Made by a program: the position numbers and the translations under genes. Of a stretch of DNA of 64,000 nucleotides, positions 18,597-27,686 are shown in pieces (within the stretch, counting starts at the first letter, position 1; each line of letters opens with the position of its first letter). This stretch comes from Deltaproteobacteria bacterium (GTDB lineage: Bacteria; Desulfobacterota; Desulfobaccia; Desulfobaccales; 0-14-0-80-60-11), in assembly GCA_030018495.1 (NCBI GenBank), contig JASEFS010000001.1, forward strand, positions 161,285-225,284. The letters are read 5' to 3'. The notes under the pieces were generated by a model that saw only the letters and a list, made by a program, of their open reading frames with translations, was not told the origin of the DNA and made no database searches.

Positions 18597-18600
18597 GTCT

Positions 18601-19152
18601 CTATCTGTTCGGATGACCTGTTTCGATGGCCACCTCATCCACCGCGCCCATCTCCTTGAGATAGACGTTGACCCGCTGCTCCGGGAGGAGATCGAGGCTC
18701 AAACCCACATAATCCGGGCGGATGGGCAACTCCCGGCCGCCGCGGTCCACCAGCACCGCAAGTTCGATACGCTTGGGGCGGCCGTAATCAATGAGGGCGT
18801 CCAGCGCGGCCCTGACTGTCCGGCCGGTGAAGAGCACGTCATCCACCAGAAGCACTTCCTGGTCGTCGATGGAGCCGGGGAGCTCGGTCTTGCCCACCAG
18901 CGGCTTATGGTTGATGCGGGTCCAGTCATCCCGGTATAGGGTGATGTCCAGGATGCCGACTTTGAGGGGGTGTGAGGTCTTACGGCTCAGTTTGTCGGCC
19001 AGGCGCTGGGCGAGAAACGCACCGCCGGTGCGGATGCCCACCACCACCAGGTTCTCCACATTGTTATGGCCGGCCCGTATTTCAGCGGCCAGCCGCTCCA
19101 AGGTCCGGTCGATGTCCCCGGCGTTGAGAGCGATTTTCTTTTGAGGAGACAT
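18601..19152 (-). CDS. pyrR: PyrR, pyrimidine operon regulator/uracil phosphoribosyltransferase
   Basis: LVVVGIRTGGAFLA...VLLVDDVLFTGRTVRAALDAL (PRPP-binding motif). Confidence 0.9.
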   Translation of the reverse strand: MSPQKKIALNAGDIDRTLERLAAEIRAGHNNVENLVVVGIRTGGAFLAQRLADKLSRKTSHPLKVGILDITLYRDDWTRINHKPLVGKTELPGSIDDQEVLLVDDVLFTGRTVRAALDALIDYGRPKRIELAVLVDRGGRELPIRPDYVGLSLDLLPEQRVNVYLKEMGAVDEVAIETGHPNR

Positions 19153-19488
19153 AGGCTCCTGTCCCTTTTAAGTAATAGTTTAAAATAAAAAAATATCATG
19201 CATTTGCCTTGAAGACAAGGAATTGTCTTAAATCCGGACACCGCCTGGTTCAGCTTGGCGCCGCGTTATAATGGCGCACGAGGCCGTGCCCCGTGCAGAA
19301 AATTTACCGGAAGATGAGGAAAGGGATATCAAGAGACGGAACTGCAGTCCCCCGTCTCCCCCCGAGCTCAGCCAAATGATGTTCACGGGGACATAATATT
19401 TTTCCTAGTTCATTGTCAGGTGATATGATTGAGTGAACCCCCGACATGGATTTAACCAGTCGCGGCCAAAAGCCGCCCGGTGTCAGAC

Positions 19489-19914
19489 ATGGAAAAATGG
19501 CACAAAATCGCTGTATTTGCAGTAGGGCTCATCGGCCTCATCTCCTACATTTACGGTACAGCCAGAAAGGTCGTCGAAAGCAAAGAAGAACCCCCGGTGC
19601 GGCGCAGGGAAAAGGGCTTCGGCTATCAGCTGATATTCCTGGCTGCGATTATCGTGGCCATGTTCGTCGTCCCGAAGCTGATAGCGGATCTTGTCACGTT
19701 CCTGTTTCCAGAGCCGGAAAAGACCTCTTTCAAGATAATTTTCAATTTTATCCGGACATTGATTTACGTGGGGGAAAGGTATTTCGGCAACAAATCTTAT
19801 TTTTTCGAAGGCCGGGGGCTGATGCTGCTGGAATGGCTTTTTATCCTGGCGCCATATATTATCGGGTTTACGATCTGGTCCATCAGGATAATTTTCAGAC
19901 GTGAGAGGATATAG
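19489..19914 (+). CDS. Hypothetical membrane protein
   Basis: Several hydrophobic helices. Start ATG 19489 or GTG 19480. Confidence 0.5.
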   Translation: MEKWHKIAVFAVGLIGLISYIYGTARKVVESKEEPPVRRREKGFGYQLIFLAAIIVAMFVVPKLIADLVTFLFPEPEKTSFKIIFNFIRTLIYVGERYFGNKSYFFEGRGLMLLEWLFILAPYIIGFTIWSIRIIFRRERI

Positions 19915-19945
19915 CAATTTTTTCGAAAGAGCGGGCGGTGCAAAC

Positions 19946-20272
19946 ATGACGTTGAAAGAAGCCCGGGAGATTTTGGAGTTGGGGACCACGGCCAGCCGCC
20001 AGGAGATCAAGAAGGCTTACCGGCGGCTGGCCCGGCGCTGGCACCCGGACCGGGCCCCGGCGGGCCAGGAAGCGGCCTTTCGGGCGCGTATGCAGGAAAT
20101 CAACGCGGCGTACCAGCGCGTCAGGGACTTTGTGGAGAACTACCGCTACCGGCTGGACGAAACTGAAGCCCCGGAGGATGCCGCAGACATCGAAAAATGG
20201 TGGCAGGCCCGCTTCGGCGGCACGGGCGTCTGGGGCGCGCCGCCGAAGAAGGATCAAGGCGGGGGAGACTAA
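19946..20272 (+). CDS. J-domain (DnaJ-like) protein
   Basis: LELGTTASRQEIKKAYRRLARRWHPDR with the HPD tripeptide. ATG 19946. Confidence 0.8.
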   Translation: MTLKEAREILELGTTASRQEIKKAYRRLARRWHPDRAPAGQEAAFRARMQEINAAYQRVRDFVENYRYRLDETEAPEDAADIEKWWQARFGGTGVWGAPPKKDQGGGD

Positions 20273-21093
20273 GGCATTGTTTTGGAGGGCCGGGGATGCT
20301 TTTGCAGAAATTGCAGCACTGCGGCGTTGAACTCCTCGGGGCATTCGACATTGACGGCGTGTCCGGCCCCGGCAATTTCCACAAGTTCGGCTTGCGGCAG
20401 AAGGCTTGCCAATAGCCGGGCATTGGCCGGGGGCACGATGACGTCCGCGGTGCCGGTAATGACCAGGGTGGGCACCGCGAGGTCGGGCAACCGGCGGCAG
20501 CAGGAAAAGCCCTGGATGGCCGCCAGTTGGGCGTAAAACGCGAATTCCGGCTGAAAGGGAGCGCTCAACTGGACGCGGCGGTAGGCCTCAACGGCCTCGG
20601 GTTGGCCGGCCAGAAAGCCGGGGCTGAACATGAACGGCAGGTCCTTCTCGATGATTTGGGCCTGGGTGAGGCCCTGGATTTGAGAAATTCCCTCTAACAC
20701 CCCGGGAGCCGGAGGGGTGCGCTCCGGCGGACCGCAGTGAGTGCAGGCCAGCACCAGGGCGCGGACGCGCTCCGGGGCCGCCAGGGCCAAAGCCTGGGCG
20801 ATCATGCCGCCCATGGACATGCCCACCACCAGTGTTTGCTGGACGTCGAGATGATCCAGGAGGCAAAGGGCGTCCGCCGCGAATTGCTCCATGCGGTAGG
20901 GGCCCGGCGGCTGGTCCGAGCGGCCCGCGCCCCGGTTGTCGAAGACGATGGTGCGGTAGTGTTCCTGAAAAAAGGGAACCTGGGCATACCATGACCAGGT
21001 TCCGCCGTTTAAGCCGCTGATAAAGAGCAGGTCGGGGCCGCGGCCCTGAACCTGGTAATACAGCCGCACCTCCGGGCACTGACAGAAAGGCAT
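20269..21093 (-). CDS. Alpha/beta hydrolase fold protein
   Basis: LLFISGLNGG, GMSMGG nucleophile elbow, GAGHAVNVE. ATG 21093 preceded by AAAGGAG. Confidence 0.8.
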   Translation of the reverse strand: MPFCQCPEVRLYYQVQGRGPDLLFISGLNGGTWSWYAQVPFFQEHYRTIVFDNRGAGRSDQPPGPYRMEQFAADALCLLDHLDVQQTLVVGMSMGGMIAQALALAAPERVRALVLACTHCGPPERTPPAPGVLEGISQIQGLTQAQIIEKDLPFMFSPGFLAGQPEAVEAYRRVQLSAPFQPEFAFYAQLAAIQGFSCCRRLPDLAVPTLVITGTADVIVPPANARLLASLLPQAELVEIAGAGHAVNVECPEEFNAAVLQFLQKHPRPSKTMP

Positions 21094-21406
21094 GAAGGCT
21101 CCTTTCCAGTAATATTGAAATCGTCTCAAAAAGGTTTATTTATTATTCAATAAGATTTGCCAAACAATGTCGATTTTTTTGGATGTTCAAGCTCCTGAAA
21201 ATTCGAATTCTCCGACTGATGGGCCCGGAAACGAAAGGCTGACCGGTTGTTTTTTAACTTGCCGGCCCGGAGCATGATCTAACTAGGTGGGTGGGAACAT
21301 AAGCTTGCCTCGTCATCGGCGTCGCCGCGGGTGTTTTGGCCTCCAGCCGGGCGAGGACATAGGCGAACTTTCAAATAGTCTCATATAGATCGGAAAGGCA
21401 TTCTCT

Positions 21407-22222
21407 ATGCTGCGCTATCTAATCATATTTATCGGCATAACTTTGGGGGCCGCAGTCCTAATCCCCAATCGCACGGAGTCCTCGGCCCCCGCCCCGAAAC
21501 ATTCGGTGGCCGCGGGCAATTTGTTGGAAGAGCTGCGCTATCAGGTGGATGTCTGGGTATTCAAAGACGCGATTGACACCCAGGTGACGCTCAAGCGCCT
21601 GGACCAGCAGCGCTACCGGGCTCAAGTCAACGGCAAAGCCGTGGGCTTGCTGGGGGTGTTCAGCGGCCACTGGCAGGGGAGGTACGCCACGGAAATGATC
21701 CTGGTGGACGGCAAATTCATGCCGGTGGTCTACCGGGAGGAATCGCAACATGGCAGCAAGAAAAATCTCAAAGAATACCGCTTCGACTACGACAAAAAGG
21801 TGGTGGAGCTTTTCAAGTGGGACAACGGCAAACAGCAACTGACCAAACGGTGGCAGACCGCGCTCAGCGAGCCCATGTATGACCCCTTGAGCTTTTATTA
21901 CAACCAGCGCCTGCAAGGCATGTCTTTCGGGAAGCAGGGGGAAACCCTGAAATTTCAGGGCATCCCCTATCCCAAGCCGGAGGACATCGTCCTGCGGATC
22001 GGCCCGGATACCCCCCAGGGGCGCAAGATCATGGTCACCCTGGATAACCGCGTCTTTGAAAACGAACGCAACCATGTATACGCGTTGCTGGACAAGGACG
22101 GCGTGCCTGTGGAAGCCTGGACCGATGTGCTGCGGTTCGGCCGCATCACCGGCAAGCTGAAGCCCGGCAGCAAGCGCTTCAACGGCCGCTTGCTGGCCTC
22201 AGGGGGAATTAAAGAGGGATAA
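21407..22222 (+). CDS. Exported hypothetical protein (DUF3108-like suspected)
   Basis: N-terminal signal/anchor. Beta-rich sequence with alternating pattern. Family assignment tentative. Confidence 0.55.
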   Translation: MLRYLIIFIGITLGAAVLIPNRTESSAPAPKHSVAAGNLLEELRYQVDVWVFKDAIDTQVTLKRLDQQRYRAQVNGKAVGLLGVFSGHWQGRYATEMILVDGKFMPVVYREESQHGSKKNLKEYRFDYDKKVVELFKWDNGKQQLTKRWQTALSEPMYDPLSFYYNQRLQGMSFGKQGETLKFQGIPYPKPEDIVLRIGPDTPQGRKIMVTLDNRVFENERNHVYALLDKDGVPVEAWTDVLRFGRITGKLKPGSKRFNGRLLASGGIKEG

Positions 22223-22398
22223 AGGCGCCCGCCGGAAAAAATCAGGGCCACCCTCTTGCATAAGCGCCTTTTAATGATTATTTAATAATTAGCAGCCTGA
22301 GGACCGGAGAATCTGCTTCCGGCCCGCCTTAAGCACTGCGACTGGTAGGCGCGTGATGTGGGGGTGGCAGTCCCACCAGGCTGCCCTTAAAATGACCG

Positions 22399-22424
22399 GC
22401 CATGCTGTAAGCATGGCTTTTTTA
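22399..22424 (+). terminator. Rho-independent terminator of an unassigned short transcript
   Basis: gccatgc-tgtaa-gcatggc followed by TTTTTTATTT. Confidence 0.65.
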
Positions 22425-22568
22425 TTTGAGTGAGTGAATCCATCGGCGCGTATCAGGCGATTTGGGTTCGCCATCCTTTCCCCCGGGGATTTCTGAACCG
22501 ATTATTTTTTCTTGGCATTTCCGGAAAGATTATATAAATATAAAATAATATAAGGAAAAGCAGACTTG

Positions 22569-22733
22569 ATGTTGAAGCACTTCAGCCTCCATACTTGCAG
22601 CACCGATGAGCGTAGCATCAGCAGAAGCCGACGGGGCATGCCGGCGGCGCCTGATGTTGTGCAGCAGCCTGCATCTTCCTGCCTCCGGCTCGCCGGCAGC
22701 GAATTAGAGGTAGTAGTAGTCTGCCAGGGATGA
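22569..22733 (+). CDS. Candidate ilv leader peptide (54 aa from ATG 22569, or 31 aa from ATG 22638) ending ...LRLAGSELEVVVVCQG
   Basis: Below the ORF-track cutoff and read by hand. Four consecutive Val codons gta gta gta gtc at 22710-22721. TGA at 22731-22733 abuts the attenuator helices. Confidence 0.4.
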   Translation: MLKHFSLHTCSTDERSISRSRRGMPAAPDVVQQPASSCLRLAGSELEVVVVCQG

Positions 22734-22779
22734 CCCGCAGGCAAAGCCATATACGGGCGGCCTGCGGGCCGCCTTTTTT
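22734..22779 (+). terminator. Attenuator: mutually exclusive antiterminator (22734-22742 with 22760-22768) and terminator (22756-22762 with 22767-22773, plus T6)
   Basis: cccgcaggc pairs perfectly with gcctgcggg (9 bp). That segment overlaps both arms of the ggcggcc-tgcg-ggccgcc terminator. Confidence 0.6.
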
Positions 22780-22940
22780 AATGGCCTGGATTGCGGGCGG
22801 AAAGGAGGGCAAGGCGCGACTGTAACCCGGTGGAAAGTGGGATTTTTCCCCATCCAGGCAAGCAGTCTTCGCAGTTGACAAACAGGGGTTTTTTTTTAAA
22901 GATAGCTTTGCGGCTTGAAAAAAGATTTTAGAGGCAGGAT

Positions 22941-23174
22941 ATGGAAAAGCAAGATTTGGAATTGATTAACCGTTATATCGGCATAGACCCGGAACTCAAG
23001 CGCTACATGGATGAACATGCAGAGTTTGAGCGGCTCCTGGAAGAGTACAATCGGCGCCCTTATCTCACGGCCGAGGAAAGCCTGGAAAGGAAGCGCCTGC
23101 AAAAAATGAAACTGGCCGGCCGCGATAAGATCGAGCAAATTTTGGCCAAATACCGGAAGGAAGCGGTTGCATGA
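22941..23174 (+). CDS. DUF465 (YdcH-like) protein
   Basis: 77 aa coiled-coil, [39 protein letters not shown]. Stop overlaps the ilvB start (ATGA). Confidence 0.75.
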   Translation: MEKQDLELINRYIGIDPELKRYMDEHAEFERLLEEYNRRPYLTAEESLERKRLQKMKLAGRDKIEQILAKYRKEAVA

Positions 23175-24874
23175 GCAAAAAGAGAACCGGCGCGCAAATT
23201 ATTCTGGACTGCCTGGAACGTGAAGGGGTGCGGCACATTTTCGGCTACCCCGGCGGGGCGGTTATTGACATTTATGACGAACTCACCCGGCGGCCCAATC
23301 TCAAGCACTACCTGGTGCGCCATGAACAGGCGGCGGTGCACGCCGCGGACGGTTATGCCAGGGCCTCGGACCAGGTGGGGGTCGCCCTGGTGACCTCGGG
23401 GCCGGGCGCCACCAACACGGTTACGGGCATCGCCAGCGCCTACATGGACTCCATTCCCATTGTGGTGTTCACGGGCCAGGTGCCCACCGCGCTCATCGGC
23501 AACGACGCGTTCCAGGAAGTGGATATCGTGGGCATCACCCGGCCCTGCACCAAACACAATTACCTGGTGACCGATATCAAAGACCTGGCCCGCACCATTC
23601 ATGAGGCGTTTTATATCGCCCGGACCGGGCGCCCGGGGCCTGTTCTGGTAGACCTGCCCAAAAACATCCAACAGAGCAGCATAGTGCCGGAGCCCATCGA
23701 TCTCAAGGCCATTAAGATCAAGAGTTATCAACCTACCTTGCATTGTAATCCCCGGCAGATAAAGCGGGCCTTGGACATGATTTTAGAGGCGAAAAAGCCG
23801 GTGCTTTATACCGGCGGCGGCATCATCGCGTCCAACGCCGCGGACGAGCTCTTTCAGTTCGCCGAAGCCCTGCAAATTCCGGTGACCAGCACCCTCATGG
23901 GCCTGGGGGGCTTTCCCGGGGTCCATCCCTTGTGGATGGGCATGCTGGGCATGCACGGCACCTACTGCGCCAACATGGCGGTGGCCAACTCCGACGTCCT
24001 CATCGCCATAGGAGCCCGCTTCGACGACCGGGTCACCGGCAAGCTGGCGGCTTTTGCCCCTTACGCCAAAATCATCCACATCGACGTGGACCCCAGCTCC
24101 ATCAGCAAGAACGTGGTGGTGCACATCCCCATTGTGGGCGACTGCCGTGATGCCCTGCATCAGCTCAACAGCCTGGTGAAAAAGCTGGAACCCCGGGATT
24201 GGCGGCAGGAGCGCCAGGAGTGGCTCGAGACCGTCAACGAATGGAACCGCAAACACCCCCTGGGTTACAAGCAGGACAAAAAGGTTATCAAGCCCCAATT
24301 CGTCATCGAAAAGCTGTGGGAGGCCACCAAGGGCGATGCATACATCACCACGGAGGTGGGCCAGAACCAGATGTGGGCCGCGCAATTCTACCGTTTCAAG
24401 CGGCCCCGGCAGCTCATGACTTCGGGGGGCCTGGGGGCTATGGGCTACGGCTTCCCTGCGGCCATGGGGGTGCAGGTGGCCAAGCCCGATGATGTTGTGA
24501 TCGATATTGCCGGCGACGGCAGCATCCTCATGAACATCCAGGAGCTCACCACGGTGGTGGAACACAACCTGCCGGTAAAAGTGGCCATTCTCAACAACAA
24601 CTATTTGGGTATGGTGCGCCAGTGGCAGCAGCTCCTTTATGACCGGCGCTACAGTCAGACGGACCTGACATCCCAGCCGGATTTCGTCAAGGTGGCCGAA
24701 GCCTTCGGCGCGGTGGGCCTGAGAGCTACCAAGCCCGACGAAGTGGAAAAGGTGATCCGGCAGGCCATGGAGACCGCCCGGCCGGTGTTCATGGATTTTG
24801 TGGTGGACCGGGAGGAGTGCGTCATGCCTATGGTGCCTCCGGGCAAAGCCACCCATGAAATGCTGTTGGCATAA
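23171..24874 (+). CDS. ilvB: Acetolactate synthase large subunit (biosynthetic type)
   Basis: [25 protein letters not shown]...; ThDP motif [14 protein letters not shown]...[14 protein letters not shown]. Confidence 0.95.
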   Translation: MSKKRTGAQIILDCLEREGVRHIFGYPGGAVIDIYDELTRRPNLKHYLVRHEQAAVHAADGYARASDQVGVALVTSGPGATNTVTGIASAYMDSIPIVVFTGQVPTALIGNDAFQEVDIVGITRPCTKHNYLVTDIKDLARTIHEAFYIARTGRPGPVLVDLPKNIQQSSIVPEPIDLKAIKIKSYQPTLHCNPRQIKRALDMILEAKKPVLYTGGGIIASNAADELFQFAEALQIPVTSTLMGLGGFPGVHPLWMGMLGMHGTYCANMAVANSDVLIAIGARFDDRVTGKLAAFAPYAKIIHIDVDPSSISKNVVVHIPIVGDCRDALHQLNSLVKKLEPRDWRQERQEWLETVNEWNRKHPLGYKQDKKVIKPQFVIEKLWEATKGDAYITTEVGQNQMWAAQFYRFKRPRQLMTSGGLGAMGYGFPAAMGVQVAKPDDVVIDIAGDGSILMNIQELTTVVEHNLPVKVAILNNNYLGMVRQWQQLLYDRRYSQTDLTSQPDFVKVAEAFGAVGLRATKPDEVEKVIRQAMETARPVFMDFVVDREECVMPMVPPGKATHEMLLA

Positions 24875-24888
24875 GGAGGGGGAGAGCC

Positions 24889-25392
24889 ATGGAAGCATCG
24901 AAAAGCGTGCGCCGTCATACCATTTCCGTGTGGGTGGACAATACCCCGGGGGTTCTGTCCCGGGTCACCGGCCTGTTTTCCGGGCGGGGCTTTAATATTG
25001 AAAGCTTGTGCGTGGCCGAAACGATGGACCCCTCCGTCTCCCGCATCACCCTGGTGACCACGGGTGATGAATTCATCACCGAGCAGATTATCAAGCAGCT
25101 CCGCAAGCTCATCAATACCATCAAGGTGGTGGACCTGAGCGAACTGGGGCACGTAGAACGGGAGATGGCCCTGGTGACCGTGAAGGCCGAAGACAAGTCC
25201 AGGGCCGAAGTGCTGAGAATCGCCGACATCTTCCGCTGCCGGGTGGTGGACGTCAGTCCCAACACCTATACCCTGGAGATCACCGGCAACCATGAAAAAA
25301 TCCAAGCGGTCCTGGGCCTTTTGAAGAACCACGGCATTATGGACGAAGTGCGCAGCGGCGCGCTGGCCATCCAGCGGGCGAAAAAGGATTGA
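24889..25392 (+). CDS. ilvN: Acetolactate synthase small (regulatory) subunit
   Basis: ACT domain HTISVWVDNTPGVLSRVTGLFSGRGFNIESL. Confidence 0.9.
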   Translation: MEASKSVRRHTISVWVDNTPGVLSRVTGLFSGRGFNIESLCVAETMDPSVSRITLVTTGDEFITEQIIKQLRKLINTIKVVDLSELGHVEREMALVTVKAEDKSRAEVLRIADIFRCRVVDVSPNTYTLEITGNHEKIQAVLGLLKNHGIMDEVRSGALAIQRAKKD

Positions 25393-25448
25393 AGGAGTTA
25401 GGAAGCCTCAAGTCACTCACCTTCGGTCGGCATCCGAAAGGAGCAGGT

Positions 25449-25769
25449 ATGCAGGTTTTGATAGTTCTTTCCAGCCCTGACCCGGAAATTAAGTGGAACG
25501 CCGTCAGGTTCGGCAACTTCCTGCTTAACGAGGGCGACGACGTTACCATTTTTTTGAACGGCCCGGCGGTAGATCTTTTCGAGGGAGACAGCGAGCGGTT
25601 TCCCATAGCTGAACAGGCCAAACTCTTTACTCTGAGCGAAGGGGTGTTGGCGGGGTGAGGCAAGTGCATGGCCATCCACGGGGTGGATGCCGGTGAGCAG
25701 CTTAAGATGGGCAACATGAAGTTTCTCTCGGAACAGATGCGTCAGGCCGATAAAATTCTGAACTTTTGA
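25449..25769 (+). CDS. DsrE/DsrF-like family protein with in-frame UGA (putative selenocysteine at codon 70, UGKC motif)
   Basis: ATG 25449 after AAAGGAG. Frame reads through TGA 25656-25658 for 36 more sense codons to TGA 25767-25769. Product: MQVLIVLSS...GVLAG-U-GKCMAIHGVDAG...ADKILNF. Confidence 0.7.
25670..25691 (+). promoter_or_regulatory. SECIS-like hairpin downstream of the in-frame UGA
   Basis: gg(c)catccac-ggg-gtggatgcc starts 12 nt after the UGA. G-rich apical loop, one bulged C. Confidence 0.55.
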
Positions 25770-25850
25770 GCCGGGATGGGCAGACGGGTAAGGGAATTCC
25801 CACCTGTCCGGACCGAGTCCGATCATCAGCGAAAAGGAGAAAGCTGCCTT

Positions 25851-26846
25851 ATGGCGATAAAAATCTACTATGAAGCGGATGCGGATTTAGGAGTTCTGGC
25901 GGGGAAAAAGGTGGCCATTATCGGGTTCGGCTCTCAGGGCCATGCCCAGGCCCTGAATTTGCGGGACAGCGGCGTGGATGTCATTGTGGCCGAAATGCCC
26001 GGCACCCCTAACTATGAGGCCGCGCTGAAATATGGCTTCCAACCGGTGTCCGCCGCCGAAGCCGCGGCCCAAGCCGCGGTGGTGCAGATTCTGACCCAGG
26101 ACCACGTGCAGGCCATGCTTTATGAAAATGACTTGAAGCCGCACATGGGGCCGGGAAAGACCCTGCTCTTTTCCCACGGGTTCAACATCCATTTCGGCCA
26201 GATCATACCCGACCCCAAGGTGGACGTGGTCATGGTGGCACCCAAGGGGCCGGGGCATCTGGTGCGCAGCGAATACGAGAAAGGGGCCGGGGTCCCGTCG
26301 CTGGTGGCCATCCACCAGGAAGCGTCCGGCCAGGCCCTTAAGACCGCGCTGGCTTACGCCAAAGGCATCGGCGCCACCAGGGCCGGAGTGCTGGAGACCA
26401 CCTTCAAGGAAGAGACCGAAACCGACCTCTTCGGCGAGCAGTGCGTGCTGTGCGGCGGCGTGTCCGAACTGGTGAAGGCGGGCTACGAGACCCTGGTGGA
26501 GGCGGGCTACGCCCCGGAAATCGCCTATTTCGAGTGTTTGCACGAACTCAAGCTCATCGTGGACCTGTTCTACCAGGGCGGCATCAGCTATATGCGCTAT
26601 TCGGTGAGCGACACCGCGGAATACGGCGACTACACCCGGGGCAAACGCATCATCACCGAAGAGACCCGGGAGGAGATGCGCCAGATTCTCTATGAAGTGC
26701 AGACCGGGGAGTTCGCCCGGGAATGGATTCTGGAGAACAAGGCCAACCGGCCGGTGTTCAACGCCCTGCGCCGCATCGAGGCCGAGCACCCCATCGAGGA
26801 GGTGGGGAAAAAGCTGCGGTCTATGATGGGGTGGCTGAAGAAATAA
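25851..26846 (+). CDS. ilvC: Ketol-acid reductoisomerase
   Basis: ATG 25851 after [29 protein letters not shown]; class I length (about 331 aa). Confidence 0.95.
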   Translation: MAIKIYYEADADLGVLAGKKVAIIGFGSQGHAQALNLRDSGVDVIVAEMPGTPNYEAALKYGFQPVSAAEAAAQAAVVQILTQDHVQAMLYENDLKPHMGPGKTLLFSHGFNIHFGQIIPDPKVDVVMVAPKGPGHLVRSEYEKGAGVPSLVAIHQEASGQALKTALAYAKGIGATRAGVLETTFKEETETDLFGEQCVLCGGVSELVKAGYETLVEAGYAPEIAYFECLHELKLIVDLFYQGGISYMRYSVSDTAEYGDYTRGKRIITEETREEMRQILYEVQTGEFAREWILENKANRPVFNALRRIEAEHPIEEVGKKLRSMMGWLKK

Positions 26847-26966
26847 TATTTCAGGCGAGCAGGGAAAAAGACGAAAAGGCGGAAAGGCGGCGGCAAAACC
26901 TTTTCGCCTTTCACTTTTTCACTTGAAGTCAAGGCATGAAACAAATATGGTAAAACAACGGTTATC

Positions 26967-27623
26967 ATGAGCAAGACTTCCAAAGCCGGCCAGGGCTGCA
27001 TCGCCGCGCCGGGCTACCCGTTCATTATCGCCGGTTTTGCGGCAGGATTCCTGGCTTGGCTCATGAGCTGGCAGTTGCTGGCCGGCTTGGGTTTGTTGGC
27101 GGGTTTGTTCTTTCTGTACTTTTTCCGGGACCCGGAGCGGACCGCACCGTCTGAGGCCGATGCCGTGGTTTCGCCGGCGGACGGCAGGGTGATTTTGGTG
27201 GACGAAGTACGGGAAGAAAAATTCCTGCGCGGCCCGGCCAAACGGGTGGCCGTTTTCATGAATGTCTTTGACGTGCACGTCAACCGCTCGCCGATGGCCG
27301 GCAAGGTGGCCGCGTCCGAACACCGGGACGGGCGGTTTTTGGCGGCCTTCAAGGAAGAAGCCGAAAAGGCCAATGAGCGACAGGCCACCCTGCTCACGGT
27401 CAATGACGGCCGTCAGGTGCTGGTGGTGCAGATCGCGGGCCTGCTTGCCCGGCGCATTATTCTATATCCCGGGCCAGGTGACTTTTTGGCCAAGGGGGAG
27501 CGCCTGGGGATGATCTGCTTCGGCTCCCGGGTGGACCTGTATCTGCCGCCGACGTGCGAGATTCTGGTAAAAAAAGGTGACCGGGTCAAGGCCGGCGCGA
27601 GCATCGTCGCCAGATGGGTCTGA
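26967..27623 (+). CDS. psd: Phosphatidylserine decarboxylase proenzyme (short type)
   Basis: ERLGMICFGSRVDLYLP (GS self-cleavage site); N-terminal membrane anchor. Confidence 0.9.
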   Translation: MSKTSKAGQGCIAAPGYPFIIAGFAAGFLAWLMSWQLLAGLGLLAGLFFLYFFRDPERTAPSEADAVVSPADGRVILVDEVREEKFLRGPAKRVAVFMNVFDVHVNRSPMAGKVAASEHRDGRFLAAFKEEAEKANERQATLLTVNDGRQVLVVQIAGLLARRIILYPGPGDFLAKGERLGMICFGSRVDLYLPPTCEILVKKGDRVKAGASIVARWV

Positions 27624-27686
27624 TATTTGCAGGGCATTGCGAGATTTACAGGTACGCCGGCAGCTTAACAATTGCAGGGGAAGGCC

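Noticed and set aside
19153-19330. Searched the pyrR leader for a PyrR-binding anti-antiterminator loop and attenuator.
   Set aside because: There is only one small AT-rich hairpin (aagacaa ttcc ttgtctt) followed by T-rich sequence. No match was found to the purine-rich PyrR binding loop as I remember it.
22274-22285. Mini-ORF ATG ATT ATT TAA (M-I-I) upstream of the structured region, considered as an Ile-sensing leader.
   Set aside because: It is too short, lies in an AT-rich promoter-like stretch and has no SD. It is most likely chance.
22291-22384. Possible SRP (4.5S) RNA, because the reverse complement contains CCGGAAGCAG.
   Set aside because: The hallmark GGAA tetraloop hairpin with AGCA/GGAA symmetric-loop context cannot be formed. 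The terminator orientation also indicates a plus-strand transcript.
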